A stretch of DNA of 63,790 nucleotides, filler included, from Octopus bimaculoides (GCF_001194135.2; 4 parts of 4 records of this genome joined end to end with filler, not necessarily neighbours in it); one strand, 5' to 3'. Positions 31,643 through 43,554 are shown, numbered from the whole stretch's first letter. Made by a program: numbers and translations. The notes: generated by a model not told the origin, from the letters alone.

Positions 31643-31742
31643 NNNNNNNNNNNNNNNNNNNNNNNNNNNNNNNNNNNNNNNNNNNNTTAATTAATTAANN
31701 NNNNNNNNNNNNNNNNNNNNNNNNNNNNNNNNNNNNNNNNNN
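31643..31742. other. Artificial scaffold spacer N44-TTAATTAATTAA-N44
   Basis: Exactly 100 bp; identical constructs at 53469-53568 and 62395-62494. Confidence 0.95.
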
Positions 31743-31782
<40 letters not shown>

Positions 31783-31821
31783 AAATTTTGAATTTAGTTC
31801 ACGAACTCTCAGCACTATATT

Positions 31822-31864
31822 GCGGACCACCAGGGGTCCGCGGAACCCAGGTTGGGAACCACCG
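31822..31864. mobile_element. hAT-MITE terminal remnant
   Basis: GGGGTCCGCGGAACCCAGGTTGGGAACCACCG resembles the CAGTGGTTCCCAACC terminus in reverse. Confidence 0.5.
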
Positions 31865-33017
31865 AAATACAGAAGCACGTTTTACTAGCTACTACATTGA
31901 AAGTCAACAATAATTAAATGTAGTTTATACTAATATAATCATAGAAGATGCGTCAAACCCTAGTTAAAGAGGAGAAAGAATTTATGCGCGCGCGCGTGTA
32001 TGCGCGCGCGCGTGTATGCGCGCGCGCGTATGTGCGCGCACGCGCGACGCATACATATAAACATATGCATTTATATATATTGTACGGTGTGAGTTGTATA
32101 ATATATTTATGTTAGAAAAATTGCCCAAGCAGCTTAAAAAGAATGGTGACTTCTGTAATGATAAACGTAACATTTTCAGTTGTTCTGGAGATGGCGAAAG
32201 TTTATCAAATTACTTTCGTCTCGGGGGAGGGGAGACTCTGGGAAAGGATTTCTTCAGAGCATGATCAGAAGAAGAATACCAGTTTAAAATTAGCTGAGTT
32301 GCAGAACGGTTATTTTATGTCGCGGAGAGCATTAAGCTTTCGCAATCTGTTGGCTCATTGCTACGGATCTTGCTTTATTAGCATCATAACAGCTTCTGGT
32401 GTTGCTATGTTCACTTTTACTCAGCAATTAACTTTTTCTAAAGCATATCCGAATTCTGTTTATTTACACAGTCTTTACTGGTAAAAATTGCAAAAACAGA
32501 TGTGTTCTCCTCAGCAGATTAAGTCAATAGAAAAGATACGACACATCAGTTTGTGATTGGTTGGAATACTACAAAGAGGCAATTTCTTTTACTTATGTAA
32601 AAGAAATCGCATGACATAACAAAGCAATAACATAAAACAAATGTGTTTAAAAGCGAAATAATTCATTACCAATATACACCGCATTTCATCAGTTCAAAAC
32701 ACCTGCTGTGGTCGTTGATCAATTAACGGTAGTTCAATTCTTAAGCAGATTGCAAAGTGCCACAACTATTTTTGTTCATAATAATTTTCAACTTTAATTA
32801 TAAATGAAACAATTTTATAGTAGCAAACATTTTCCGTAAGAATGTAGGCAATGAGTATCGTTGTCGCCACACTAATAAATTGCTAGGTCTAATGCCGTTG
32901 CTGATACACAAATCAAAAATGGGAGTCTGAGTTATTATCGCTGATACGCCACGAGTGTAGTTATCTTTTTTTTTTTTTATAAGCGATTTGCTAATTTGCA
33001 TGGCGAATAACCAGTTG

Positions 33018-33053
<36 letters not shown>

Positions 33054-33372
33054 NNNNNNNNNNNNNNNNNNNNNNNNNNNNNNNNNNNNNNNNNNNNNNN
33101 NNNNNNNNNNNNNNNNNNNNNNNNNNNNNNNNNNNNNNNNNNNNNNNNNNNNNNNNNNNNNNNNNNNNNNNNNNNNNNNNNNNNNNNNNNNNNNNNNNNN
33201 NNNNNNNNNNNNNNNNNNNNNNNNNNNNNNNNNNNNNNNNNNNNNNNNNNNNNNNNNNNNNNNNNNNNNNNNNNNNNNNNNNNNNNNNNNNNNNNNNNNN
33301 NNNNNNNNNNNNNNNNNNNNNNNNNNNNNNNNNNNNNNNNNNNNNNNNNNNNNNNNNNNNNNNNNNNNNNNN

Positions 33373-33418
<46 letters not shown>

Positions 33419-33742
33419 CGCTCGTTCGCTTGGTCGCTCGTTCGCTTGATCGCTCGTTCGCTTGATCGCTCGTTGTGCGCATAATTCACCAGTATCATCA
33501 GAAAGACAAGCTACTGTTACGTTCGTCGAATGTATCAAAGTATTACAACTTGATTCGGATTGCCTTGTAAGAATTAACACCGAGTATTCAAACGAATTAA
33601 GAGCTAAGGCCTTTAATATAAACGATATTACATACCACATCGTCTAAAAACGACTTATTTGAGTTGGTAAAAAAAAATAGCACAGAAGCAGCGTAATTGA
33701 GATAATGTTTAATATGTTTTTGTGTATGTATGAGAGAGAGAA

Positions 33743-33782
<40 letters not shown>

Positions 33783-33860
33783 TGTGTTTCTGTGTGTGCG
33801 TATGTGTGCATGCAAGTATGTCCATGTATGTATGCATATATATATATATCTGTATATGTA

Positions 33861-33907
<47 letters not shown>

Positions 33908-35582
33908 ATATATATATATANNNNNNNNNNNNNNNNNNNNNNNNNNNNNNNNNNNNNNNNNNNNNNNNNNNNNNNNNNNNNNNNNNNNNNNNNNNNNNNN
34001 NNNNNNNNNNNNNNNNNNNNNNNNNNNNNNNNNNNNNNNNNNNNNNNNNNNNNNNNNNNNNNNNNNNNNNNNNNNNNNNNNNNNNNNNNNNNNNNNNNNN
34101 NNNNNNNNNNNNNNNNNNNNNNNNNNNNNNNATAGCCAGCCGAAATTGCAAAGATAATCTGGAACTCGACTGAGGATAGAAAACTCCGAATGATCCGTCC
34201 TTGTTTTCCTTGTATCGTCTGTCTGGATATTTTGTTGTCCCCTTTTTTGTTTCACCTAACTGTCTGGATGTTTGGATGTTTTGCGTTCTTGTTCTATTTT
34301 GTATGATATATATATATATATATATAATAAAAGTTTAAATAAAGGTTACAAACCTCAATAAGGGATAATAAAATCCAATGAATATACTGGTTTATTACCA
34401 ATTACAAGAAGTGTTGAATATTACAATTAATATTCAACTGTAAGGTAATTGGATAAACCGGGATTTATATATATTTTTAAGAAAATAAGAAAATAGAGTG
34501 ATAATTAAATCAATAATTATTTATTAATTATAACATAGGACATCATCTCTAACAGCTGTTTCAATTCAAGACTTTTAGAAATTAATTAGTTTAATTAAAA
34601 ACATTTTAAAGCTGAATCTCATCGGAGGTGACTGTGACTAAAGATACACCATTAGATTTCCATGTTCCAGTGTGTTCCAGTGTGTTCCAGTGTGTTGAGT
34701 GTACGGCTCCAAACCGTATATCTCCCTATTTTCTTATTTTCTTATATATATGTATATATAATAATTACATGCAAAGTAAATATGTTATCCTTCGAATATG
34801 ATTCATTAATCGCATTTGAACAATCAGACGCATTTCATGTGTGTGAGAAACTTTAAGTAATGAATGACTCGTTCTCTCTATACATAAATTATGCAGTATA
34901 TACTGAGTACTCTTCCCTTGTACATTTGAATATATGTACGTATGAGTGTATGTATCTATGTGTATATGAATGTGTGTGTTTGTGTGTATTTATGCATTTC
35001 TTTATAGACACAAGAGAAAAGGAAAAGCTGATCTTAACGCTATTGTTATTCAAAACCACTTTATATTTGTATGAAGGTAGGAAATATCCTACTAAATTTA
35101 GAACGCTACAGGATATATTGATGACTACTTTATGGAAAATAGTGGATTAAACCAGGTTACCGTTTCTTCCCGACTCTAGATGAGGATGCTTCTAATATAC
35201 TTTTTGATAAATCTTCTTGATATTTCTTCCTCTTTCATTCGCGTTCTGTCAGAGTACGCGCGTGCGTGAGTGTGTGTATTTGTATGCGTGCTCATGTATA
35301 CGTGTGTGCGAACCTGTGATGGTGACTGCGTTCGTGCTTACCCGTGTAAAGCAGGATGTTGCTTAAAATGTTTAACCCCATGATCTATTAAATGTAGATT
35401 GATAAATATTACTAGACTAAGATAAGTGCTGGGTTACATATGATCGAGTAAAGAATACAGTGCACCAGTCTGACGACAGTTCAATGATTGAAGCCAATGA
35501 AAGAATAAAAAAGAAAGTAGTAAATATACAAATATAGCAGAATAAAAAAGAAAATATAAGGCAATTCACTCGATAACTCGAA

Positions 35583-35588
35583 TTTATT
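35583..35588 (-). terminator. Candidate polyadenylation signal of reflectin
   Basis: AATAAA on the minus strand about 280 nt after the stop codon; AT-rich context makes chance hits likely. Confidence 0.4.
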
Positions 35589-35867
35589 TGTATGCAATTC
35601 ACATTACAAAGATTTGTTGTATCCTTCTTAACAAATGAATGCGTTTTCACACCAACGCCCTTTCTATCAATATTACTGTTCATCAAGTATCAAAGCTATT
35701 CTTTGTTGTTCATCACGATGTTACTGCCTATTATATCTGCAAAAATTATTCAGAGTTATAGAGTATTTTTTTTAGTTATGATCTGCTTTACGTATTGAAT
35801 TCAGAGTAATTTTCAAACGAGAAGACGACTGCCATCAGCAATAAATGGTCGATAAATGGCACTATGT

Positions 35868-37319
35868 TTAATAGTTGTAATTATCCCCATAATAGTGGAA
35901 ATTCTGACCATCCATCCAACGGCTATCGAAATCCATTTGATAATTGAACATATCAAAGTTTCTTTCTGGATAGTCGTAATATCTCTGTCCCCAGTTGTAG
36001 TTGTAGGAGTTTGGGTAAGAGTTGTAATAGTGCCTATTATGGTAGTTATAGCCATGGAAATAACGGCCATAATTATCCATCCAACGGCCATCAAAATCCA
36101 TCTGATAATTTCCCTCTGGGTAGTTGTAATATCTTTGGCCCCAGCTGTAGTTATAGTAAGGATAGTTATGGTATCTGCCATGGTAGTTGTAGAAGGGGCT
36201 AGAATAACGGCCATAATTATCCATCCAACGTCCATCAAAATCCATCTGGTAGTTTCCCATATCAAAATATCTTTCTGGGTAGTTGTAATATCTTTGGCCC
36301 CAGCTGTAGTTATAATAAGGGTAATTATGGTGGAATCTGCCATGATAACTATTGAAGGGGCTAGAATAACGGCCATAATTATCCATCCAGCGTCCATCAA
36401 AATCCATCTGGTAGTTTCCCATGTCGAAATATCTCTCTGGGTAGTTGTAGTATCTTTGGCCCCAGCTGTAATTATAATAAGGGTAGTTATGGTGGAATTT
36501 GCCATGGTAGTTGTAGAAAGGTGTGCAATGACGGCTATACATATCCATCCAACGGCCATCAAAATCCATTTGATAGTTTCCCATGTCGAAATATCTCTCT
36601 GGGTAGTTGTAGTACCTTTGGCCCCAGCTGTAGTTATAATAAGGGTAGTTATGGTGGAATCTGCTATGATAGCTGTAGAAGGGGCTAGAGTGACGACCAG
36701 ACATATCCATCCAGCGGCCATACATGTCCATCTGATAGCCGGACATATCCATGAATCTCTCGGGATAGTACATATGGTAGAAATTCATGTATGGATAATA
36801 CATATAACGCCTGTAATAGTTGTAATAAGGGTTGCAGTGACGTCCATTTCTGTCCATGTATCGGCCATACATGTCCATTTGGTAGTGGGACATGTCCATG
36901 AATCTCTCAGGATAGAACCAGTTGCGACCATAGTGGTAGCCGGGGTAGTAACCCTGTCTTGAGGAGTTGAACATATGCCAGTGGGGGCTGGAGTAGTGTC
37001 CGTGCATGTCCATCCATCTTCCAGACATGTCCATCTGATAACCGGACATATCCATAAACCTCTCAGGGAAGTCCATGAAATTACCATATCTATGGAACCT
37101 ATCGTTGTCATAGAAACCGTAATAGTTGTACATAGATCTACCATAATATCTATCATTGTCAGAATATCTGCCATAGAAGCCGTAGAATCTGGGATCTACC
37201 ATTCTTCCATAAGAATCCATGTATCTGCCTTGGAAATCCATGGTCATTCTTGACATTGGTTCCATGATACCACGATATCTTCTGCTGAAATTATTTCTTC
37301 TGTTCATGTATCTGTTCAT
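35868..37319 (-). CDS. reflectin: Reflectin (cephalopod structural-colour protein), 483 aa, single coding exon
   Basis: Starts MNRYMNRR; N-terminal motif MEPMSRMTMDFQGRYMDSYGRMVDP; eight PER(F/Y/N)(M/F)DM..YQMD..(G/S)R(W/Y)MD-type motifs (one truncated); Y/M/R/N/D-rich with no Leu or Ala. The ORF-track start at 37415 is intronic: a polypyrimidine tract and TTTCAG acceptor lie at 37339-37370, so the true ATG is 37319. Confidence 0.97.
   Translation of the reverse strand: MNRYMNRRNNFSRRYRGIMEPMSRMTMDFQGRYMDSYGRMVDPRFYGFYGRYSDNDRYYGRSMYNYYGFYDNDRFHRYGNFMDFPERFMDMSGYQMDMSGRWMDMHGHYSSPHWHMFNSSRQGYYPGYHYGRNWFYPERFMDMSHYQMDMYGRYMDRNGRHCNPYYNYYRRYMYYPYMNFYHMYYPERFMDMSGYQMDMYGRWMDMSGRHSSPFYSYHSRFHHNYPYYNYSWGQRYYNYPERYFDMGNYQMDFDGRWMDMYSRHCTPFYNYHGKFHHNYPYYNYSWGQRYYNYPERYFDMGNYQMDFDGRWMDNYGRYSSPFNSYHGRFHHNYPYYNYSWGQRYYNYPERYFDMGNYQMDFDGRWMDNYGRYSSPFYNYHGRYHNYPYYNYSWGQRYYNYPEGNYQMDFDGRWMDNYGRYFHGYNYHNRHYYNSYPNSYNYNWGQRYYDYPERNFDMFNYQMDFDSRWMDGQNFHYYGDNYNY
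35950..36760 (-). repeat. Coding tandem repeat within reflectin (~54-aa / 162-bp unit, about 5 copies)
   Basis: Anchor CAG(C/T)TGTA recurs at 36625, 36463, 36301, 36142 and 35992 (spacings 162, 162, 159, 150); unit YYNYPERYFDMGNYQMDFDGRWMD..GR.SSPF..YHGRFHHNYPYYNYSWGQR. Confidence 0.95.
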
Positions 37320-38864
37320 ACTGGATACTAGTAGTGATCTGAAATATATAAAAAAAAAAAGATCTGTTTCAATAATGGAAAAGTTAATTTTACAAACTAA
37401 TGAAATAATAACCATACGATAAATGTTTGTATCATATACTTGGCTAGTCGTAATTAACAGCTTGCCTAAAATATATTAACCCTGTTTATTTTGCTGAAAT
37501 ATTTTAATATAATAGATAGATAAATGTTGGTATTAGTTTTCAAGCTCTTTCTAAAGTTAACAGCTGAGGAAATGTAATGAAAGTATTATAGTCGAAAACT
37601 GAGACAAGGTAGGAAACTTGGAGTTTATTTGCACTGATTGATGTTCACTGTATTATAAAGTGAGAAATATTTAATAAATGCCAAACTCGAATTAAATAGC
37701 ATACAAAACTGACATTATATTCGGAAAAGCTTTTGATTTTTCTACATCAAGGTCTGAAAGTTTACGAAAACTACAATTTAACTATACTGTGAGACTAGCT
37801 TAATCGTTAAATCGTCCCTTACAGGTAAAATTAATATCTATTACATTTAAAGGATTCAATCACGAAGCTTTCGTTATATGAATAGAGTTTGAAATATATA
37901 ACAACTATCTAGAATAACAGTCGCAATTTATAGAAGGAAAGTTATGTTGCATTAGTACTTTAATATACTGCATATTTTCATGTACTTCCTCTTCAAATAC
38001 TGTGTAAACGTATAAAAATAGGTTTATAAGTAATTACGGCTTGGACTGGTTTCTAGTTTATTAAGAATAGGATTTGTTATTTCACAATGTTCACTCGAGA
38101 TAATTAAGACAACTGATAAGATTAAAATTGTGATTCGTGAATAATTGAATATTTTTGTTGTTTTATGTTATTAAGAGCACAGTGATTCTAGAATTCTACT
38201 CAAAGCCTTCTCATTTCTCATAATGTTGTCACTTGTCAATCTTTTACTAATAAGCGGCTGAACGAATGCTAATTGTCTTAACTACAAATAACTCCTGGAG
38301 TTTTATGCTAATTTAGACAAAAGTTTCTTTGAGATATTGTTCCCTATTGCCCACCCAGAGAAACAGCAGCTAAATTCTCCTAAAACCACAGCCTAAACAC
38401 TTGTGGAAAGAGAGAACACATTAGGTAAAGCAGTTCAACATACAGGTCATGAATAGAATACCTTTGATCACTGGTACAAAATATTAACAATAGCAACAAC
38501 AATAACAACATCTGAATTCTGTACTTAAAAGACAGAATATATGAATTAGTAATATACTGCTATTTATATCAACAACCATGAAGAAACGATCCAAAAGAGA
38601 GCTTCTGTATTATTACCCGCCCAGTTAAAATGACAACTAAACTTTCCCCAAACACCTCTTAACACTTCATAAGAAGATACATTAGCTCATGTCACCAAGA
38701 GTATTATAGGTATATCTACTTATCAGGGCTTATGTGGGGCCGAAACAGCAAAAGAAAGGCCGCCCTCAATAAATAAATAAATAAATAAATGAAAAATAAA
38801 CTCTACATCAATAAGACAACGTAAATAGGTTTAGATCTTATAGAAACCCCAGGAACCATAAGGC

Positions 38865-39296
38865 CAGAGCACCGCCCAGTTTCCATGGCATATAATTGAA
38901 TAAGGTTGCAATACTCTCTCCTGAACGGAATACCGGTCCATCGCAGGATTAGCTTCCCAACTATTGTTGGAACTTATTTACAGCTGAGTGGACTGGAGCA
39001 ACGTGAAATGCATACTCCAGGAATCGAAATCACAATTTTCTTTTCTACTCTAGGCACAAGGTTCGAAATTTTTTGGGAGCGGGTCAGTCGATTAGATCGA
39101 CCCCAGTACGCAACTGGTACTTAATTTATCGACCCCGGAAGGATGAAAGGGAAATCGACCTCGGCGGAATTTGAACTCAGAACGTAAAGAAGACGAAATA
39201 CCGCTAAGCATTTCGCCCGGCGTGCTAACGTTTCTGCCAGCTCGCCGCCTTATCGAAACCACAATACTCTATCCCGTAGGCCACGCGCCTTCATTA
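38865..39296 (-). mobile_element. Older SINE family B copy interrupted by a family A insertion
   Basis: CAGCTGAGTGGACTGGAGCAACGTGAAATG before and GGCCACGCGCCTTCA after the nested element. Confidence 0.75.
39037..39252 (-). mobile_element. tRNA-derived SINE family A, full-length well-preserved copy with TSD
   Basis: Head AAGGCGGCGAGCTGGCAGAAACG with B-box-like GAGTTCAAATTCC, core CCTTTCATCCTT(T/C)CGGGGTCGATAAATTAAGTACCAG; flanked by TCGAAA(T/C)CACAAT duplication. Confidence 0.9.
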
Positions 39297-40388
39297 AAGT
39301 AAATGTATGACCTTAAATAAAGCAAGGCTTTACATTAGAGGGGAAAGCTGTAGTAGATTTTGATCAAGCCTAGTACTTTTTTAGATACATATTTTATGAA
39401 ACCTATTCAATTTTCTCAGGATTAAAATTCTGTGTTTCTGCCAATCCACTGCATAAGTGTGTTGTGGAAGCATTGATGAAAGATTAACTTTCTAGTAAAA
39501 TACAAGGGTTTCGTTATGTCATAGTGTGTTTAATCGTACAGTTCTTATTTCACCTAACAGCGTGGTATATATATTCTAGGAATAAATATTTGGCCGAAGT
39601 AACAGATCTCATTCGGTTAACACAGCAAAATCAGTACAGATTTAGTAGAAACATCATTTTACCACAATATGCAGTATACAATATATATTACACAACATAT
39701 ATTACATTTTCAACAAAAAATACTTTCTGTTAATGATATTTCTTTATCAAATGAAACTACAAATAGATGACTGAAAAAATGTAAATTATGACGAAACTGA
39801 ATGCTTTAAAAGTAATAAAAGATATATAAATATTACTGAAATTACAAGAATGTAGTATTTAGATTTTGGAGAAATCAAATTTGATTTCAAGAATCAAATG
39901 CCTCGATGGTATCTTTGGTTTACATATTACCATGTTCCTTGGACATCAAAGACGCTTTGATATTATGGCTGTTACAATATGGTTTTTAACACCAAGTACA
40001 AAGTGATAATATTTTGTATTTACTGGTATATGGACCATTTGCATAAATATGCAAATATTCATTCAATATATGAACCATCTTATGAATATTGGCAATTTTT
40101 GCTTTAAAGGACCTTATTAGAAATATAGTTCAGAGAAATATTCAAATAGCAGTATCAGAATGTGTATTGACATTGAAATTCAAACATTATTTCTCATAGA
40201 CACTGTTACTCAGTTGTTCAATACAATGTATAATTAGTTAAACAAGAGATGTTCTAATTCAAGAATTAAAACTTTTTACCAATATATATAAAAATGAATA
40301 AACAAAACAAAATTTGCGGAGAAAAAAATTGAAGAATTGCTTTTAAAACAAACTCACAGACTGAAGAACAACCTTAGCTTCTGCTTAC

Positions 40389-40453
40389 GCTAGTAGGACA
40401 GAGATGTGGTTCTCAACTGAGACAAACTTTCTAACTTACAATCCCTTTATATA
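40389..40453 (-). promoter_or_regulatory. Predicted reflectin core promoter and ~30-nt non-coding exon 1
   Basis: Minus strand: TATATAAA (40453-40446), Inr-like TCAGTT (40420-40415) about 33 nt downstream, then donor GC|GTAAGC with the intron starting at 40388. Confidence 0.6.
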
Positions 40454-40870
40454 GGAATCAGTAAAAAGCGGACAGCTGGTTATTTCAACAGGAATTATTT
40501 TTAGTAAGGAGAAAATTAATTTGATGAAACAATTAACAAGTAATGACAAGAATTTAATCTTTAATTAATTGTTTTTGGAATTCCTTATTCAATGTCTTTT
40601 AATTAACATAGCTGTTGTTGTTAGTTATGTGTAATATACGTGACTTTGAAGTGTGATGGACATATGAATAATATGATTGGTTACAATAGTCTTTTCATCT
40701 GAAATCATTTACACTATATCATTGCGCGGGAAGCAGAATTGATTATCTTTCTAAAAAAAAAAATGTTTCTTCTACAATTTTGCTTACAGCTCAGCAAATA
40801 TTCAGTGTCATAATAATGGAATAATATAAGGCAATCATAGCCATCTTACATAATCAGTACCTCTTTTTAA

Positions 40871-41550
40871 ATATTGGTTTCAAATTTTCGCGGAAGGCCA
40901 GCAGTTTCGGGAAAGGGGTTAAGCCGGTTACATTGATCCCAGTGCTCAACTAGAACTTATTTTATCGACCCCGAAAGGATCAAAGATGAAGTAGACCCCG
41001 GCGGAGTTTGACCTCAGAACATGCGGATGGACAAAATGAGGCTAAGCATTTTGTCCGGTGCGATAACGATTCTGCCAGTTCACCGCCTCAAACGCACCTT
41101 CACAAATTGCTCCGAAATTCAAGATATTTTTCATGTAAGATAATCACCACGTTCAATATTACAAAATTTTCAAAAATATGATGCACATTCTATGACATAT
41201 AGTGAAATTCCAAATAATAGATAATCCTTATTCTCACAAGGAAAACTGACGCATTTCATATTCCCCACCCACCAAAAGTACAAAAAAAAAAAAAAAAAAA
41301 AAAGCGGGTATGAAAGATTTAACGTAATGAAAAAGTTTGATTTCAAACTTTGGAACAAGGCCAGCAAGTTCCAGGGAGAGGGTAAGTTGAACACATCAAC
41401 CCTAGCAGTCGAATGGTACTTATTTTATCGACCCAAAAAGTTGAAAGAGAAAGATGACTTCGATAGAGTTTGAACTCCCACCGGAAAACAGATGAAAGAA
41501 ATGCTAGAGTGCATTTTCGTCTGACATTCTAACGATTCGGAAGCTTGCAG
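40871..41550 (-). mobile_element. Two SINE family A copies (40871-41090, 41338-41550) upstream of the reflectin promoter
   Basis: TTTATCGACCC core and CAAGGCCAGCA tail in both. Confidence 0.8.
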
Positions 41551-42904
41551 TCTTCTACAACAAAAGGAATAATAAATTACTTTTCTCTCACTAAGGAAAA
41601 TATTTTTATTAGTCTGAGAAACAGAAACTACATTCCCAACTATTATGCTCCCTTTTGAACTGTATTCATAACCATTGTATTTCATTCTAGACTGGTGAGA
41701 TAGATGAAAGTTCATGTTGTGCTTAGACTCTTAAGTCGACATATGCATGCAAAAAAAAAAAAAACATGAGTAAGGTGACTTACAGATTTCAGTATGTGAA
41801 GGTGGGTGTTTTTAATGGGAAAACTGACAAGGTAAACCATGGGGAAAGACTAAAATAACCATATACAAAGAATAGAACTAAATTAAAATTTTTGTGCATA
41901 TCATAACACATTCAAGTATTTGGCTCATTTATAATGATTAAAATTTCTGATCGAAAAGATTTGATTTTCGAGAATTTGTTCTAATCAACACTTCAAGCCT
42001 CACTAGGATCAATCAAATTTTCAGTACTACAAACACTGGATATTTGCTTTTTTTAGAAATATGAAGTTGGAAAATGTTGATACAAATTTTCTAGGTTACT
42101 ATGTACCAGGTTCTTTCAATACTGTTGATGCGTAACCGACATAGTTTCTAGTATGTCTTTTAGTTAGGCATATTGGTTTGCTTAAAGCAGCACGTGAGGA
42201 GAGTATTGAAGAAATGCCCCGATTCAGTTCTTTTAATGAACCTTTCTAAATATGCTACCTTCATCTGTAATGAAGTGTGATGCCCTTGTTTATTTTTTAT
42301 CCTCTTTTTCATGCTACGTTTTAAGGAGATTGATAAGATTATGTCTAGAGAGGGTTTCGCTTTTGCATTCGTTTTGAAAAATTCTTGCTGTGAATTCGTG
42401 TGATGAGATTATGCTGACTTGGAATTTACTGAATTTGTTTCAAATTGTGAACAAAGGTTATTTTCTTGAGTGGATCAATCTTAAATGATTGGTTCTACCC
42501 GATAAGTCACACTTCTCTTTCTCACGTTGAATAAATTTATTCCACGGTTTAACAGTTTATACTTACTAATTACTGACACAGACCATCAATAGCTTCTTAC
42601 AATCCCAATATTTATTTCAATTTTGAGAGGCGAATTTTAGCAAATAAATGCTCAATATTTTGGGAGATGTGCCAGAAAAGACGCTTTGGGATATTTCTTT
42701 CGACATTTTACATACTGAATTCAAATCTCACCAAAGCTAAGGTTGGACTTCATCCTTTCGAGATTGATAAAATAAAGTACAAGTCATTTATGCATGTACT
42801 TATATCGATGCAATTGACTCACATTCCCCAGCAAACTTCAGGGCTTGTATCTGTAGTAAAAATAATATTTGGGGATGATATACCTGCGCAGTTCATTGTT
42901 ATAT

Positions 42905-43118
42905 ATTGGTCTCAAATTTTGGCACAAGGTCAGCAATTTGGTAGCAGGGTGTAAGTCGATTATATCGGCCCCAGTGTTCGACTGGTAGTTATTTTGTCGA
43001 CCTCGAAAGGATGAAAGGCAAAATCGACCTCGGCGGAATTTGAACCCAGAACGTATAAACGGATGAAATGCTGCTAAGCATCTTTCCCGGCGTGCTAACG
43101 ATTCTGCTAGATCGCCAC
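42905..43118 (-). mobile_element. SINE family A copy
   Basis: Full-length similarity to 39037-39252. Confidence 0.85.
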
Positions 43119-43202
<84 letters not shown>

Positions 43203-43215
43203 AATGATGATAATG

Positions 43216-43260
<45 letters not shown>

Positions 43261-43270
43261 TTAATAATAA
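43119..43270. repeat. Compound (AAT)n(GAT)n(AAT)n microsatellite; further (AAT)n at 43446-43535
   Basis: Direct inspection. Confidence 0.97.
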
Positions 43271-43271
43271 T

Positions 43272-43440
43272 GATACAAGTATATATAGCATACAGAAAAT
43301 AACACTACTAGGCACCGCACACATCCTACATAAAACACTTTCAGTACAATGAAAATAAGAGTACCACAACAGACCACATCACATACCCAAGGCACACAGA
43401 GCTGTTCTCGGTAGTGCAGTGAAAGTACGTGACAAAAACA
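43272..43440 (+). mobile_element. R4/Dong-like LINE 3' end
   Basis: SIYSIQKITLLGTAHILHKTLSVQ* followed by a short 3' UTR and an (AAT)n tail. Confidence 0.7.
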
Positions 43441-43462
43441 AGACTACTGAATAATAATAATG

Positions 43463-43537
<75 letters not shown>

Positions 43538-43554
43538 GATTCTTGTCAAAGATT

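Larger units (their letters stand above)
37339..40388 (-). other. Predicted 5'-UTR intron of reflectin (~3.05 kb)
   Basis: GTAAG donor at 40388; acceptor T-tract...TATATTTCAG ending at 37339, 19 nt before the ATG. The acceptor is well supported; the donor pairing is inferred. Confidence 0.55.

Noticed and set aside
34165-34200. CTGAGGA...CTCCGAA next to an (AT)n-flanked gap
   Set aside because: GAAA and stem III are missing; at most a decayed repeat terminus.
35813-36721. 302-aa alternative-frame ORF on the reflectin strand (I/T-rich)
   Set aside because: Frame-shifted reading of the tandem repeat with no recognisable domain and a non-ATG-supported start.
35856-36962. 368-aa plus-strand ORF antisense to reflectin
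   Set aside because: It is in codon register with reflectin; antisense stops require TTA, CTA or TCA sense codons, and reflectin has no Leu. The ORF ends at a TCA (Ser) codon, so it is a compositional shadow.
37320-37415. 32-aa N-terminal extension of reflectin in the ORF track
   Set aside because: Mostly runs through a polypyrimidine tract and AG acceptor; reflectins start at MNR(Y/F)M.
38718-38755. CTTATCAGGGC...GCCGAAACAGC, hammerhead-like
   Set aside because: Two core mismatches and no stem I or stem III partner.
40473-40732. E-box (40473), CCAAT (40676) and E2F-like (40724) motifs upstream of the reflectin TATA
   Set aside because: Short single motifs expected by chance; no conservation evidence available.
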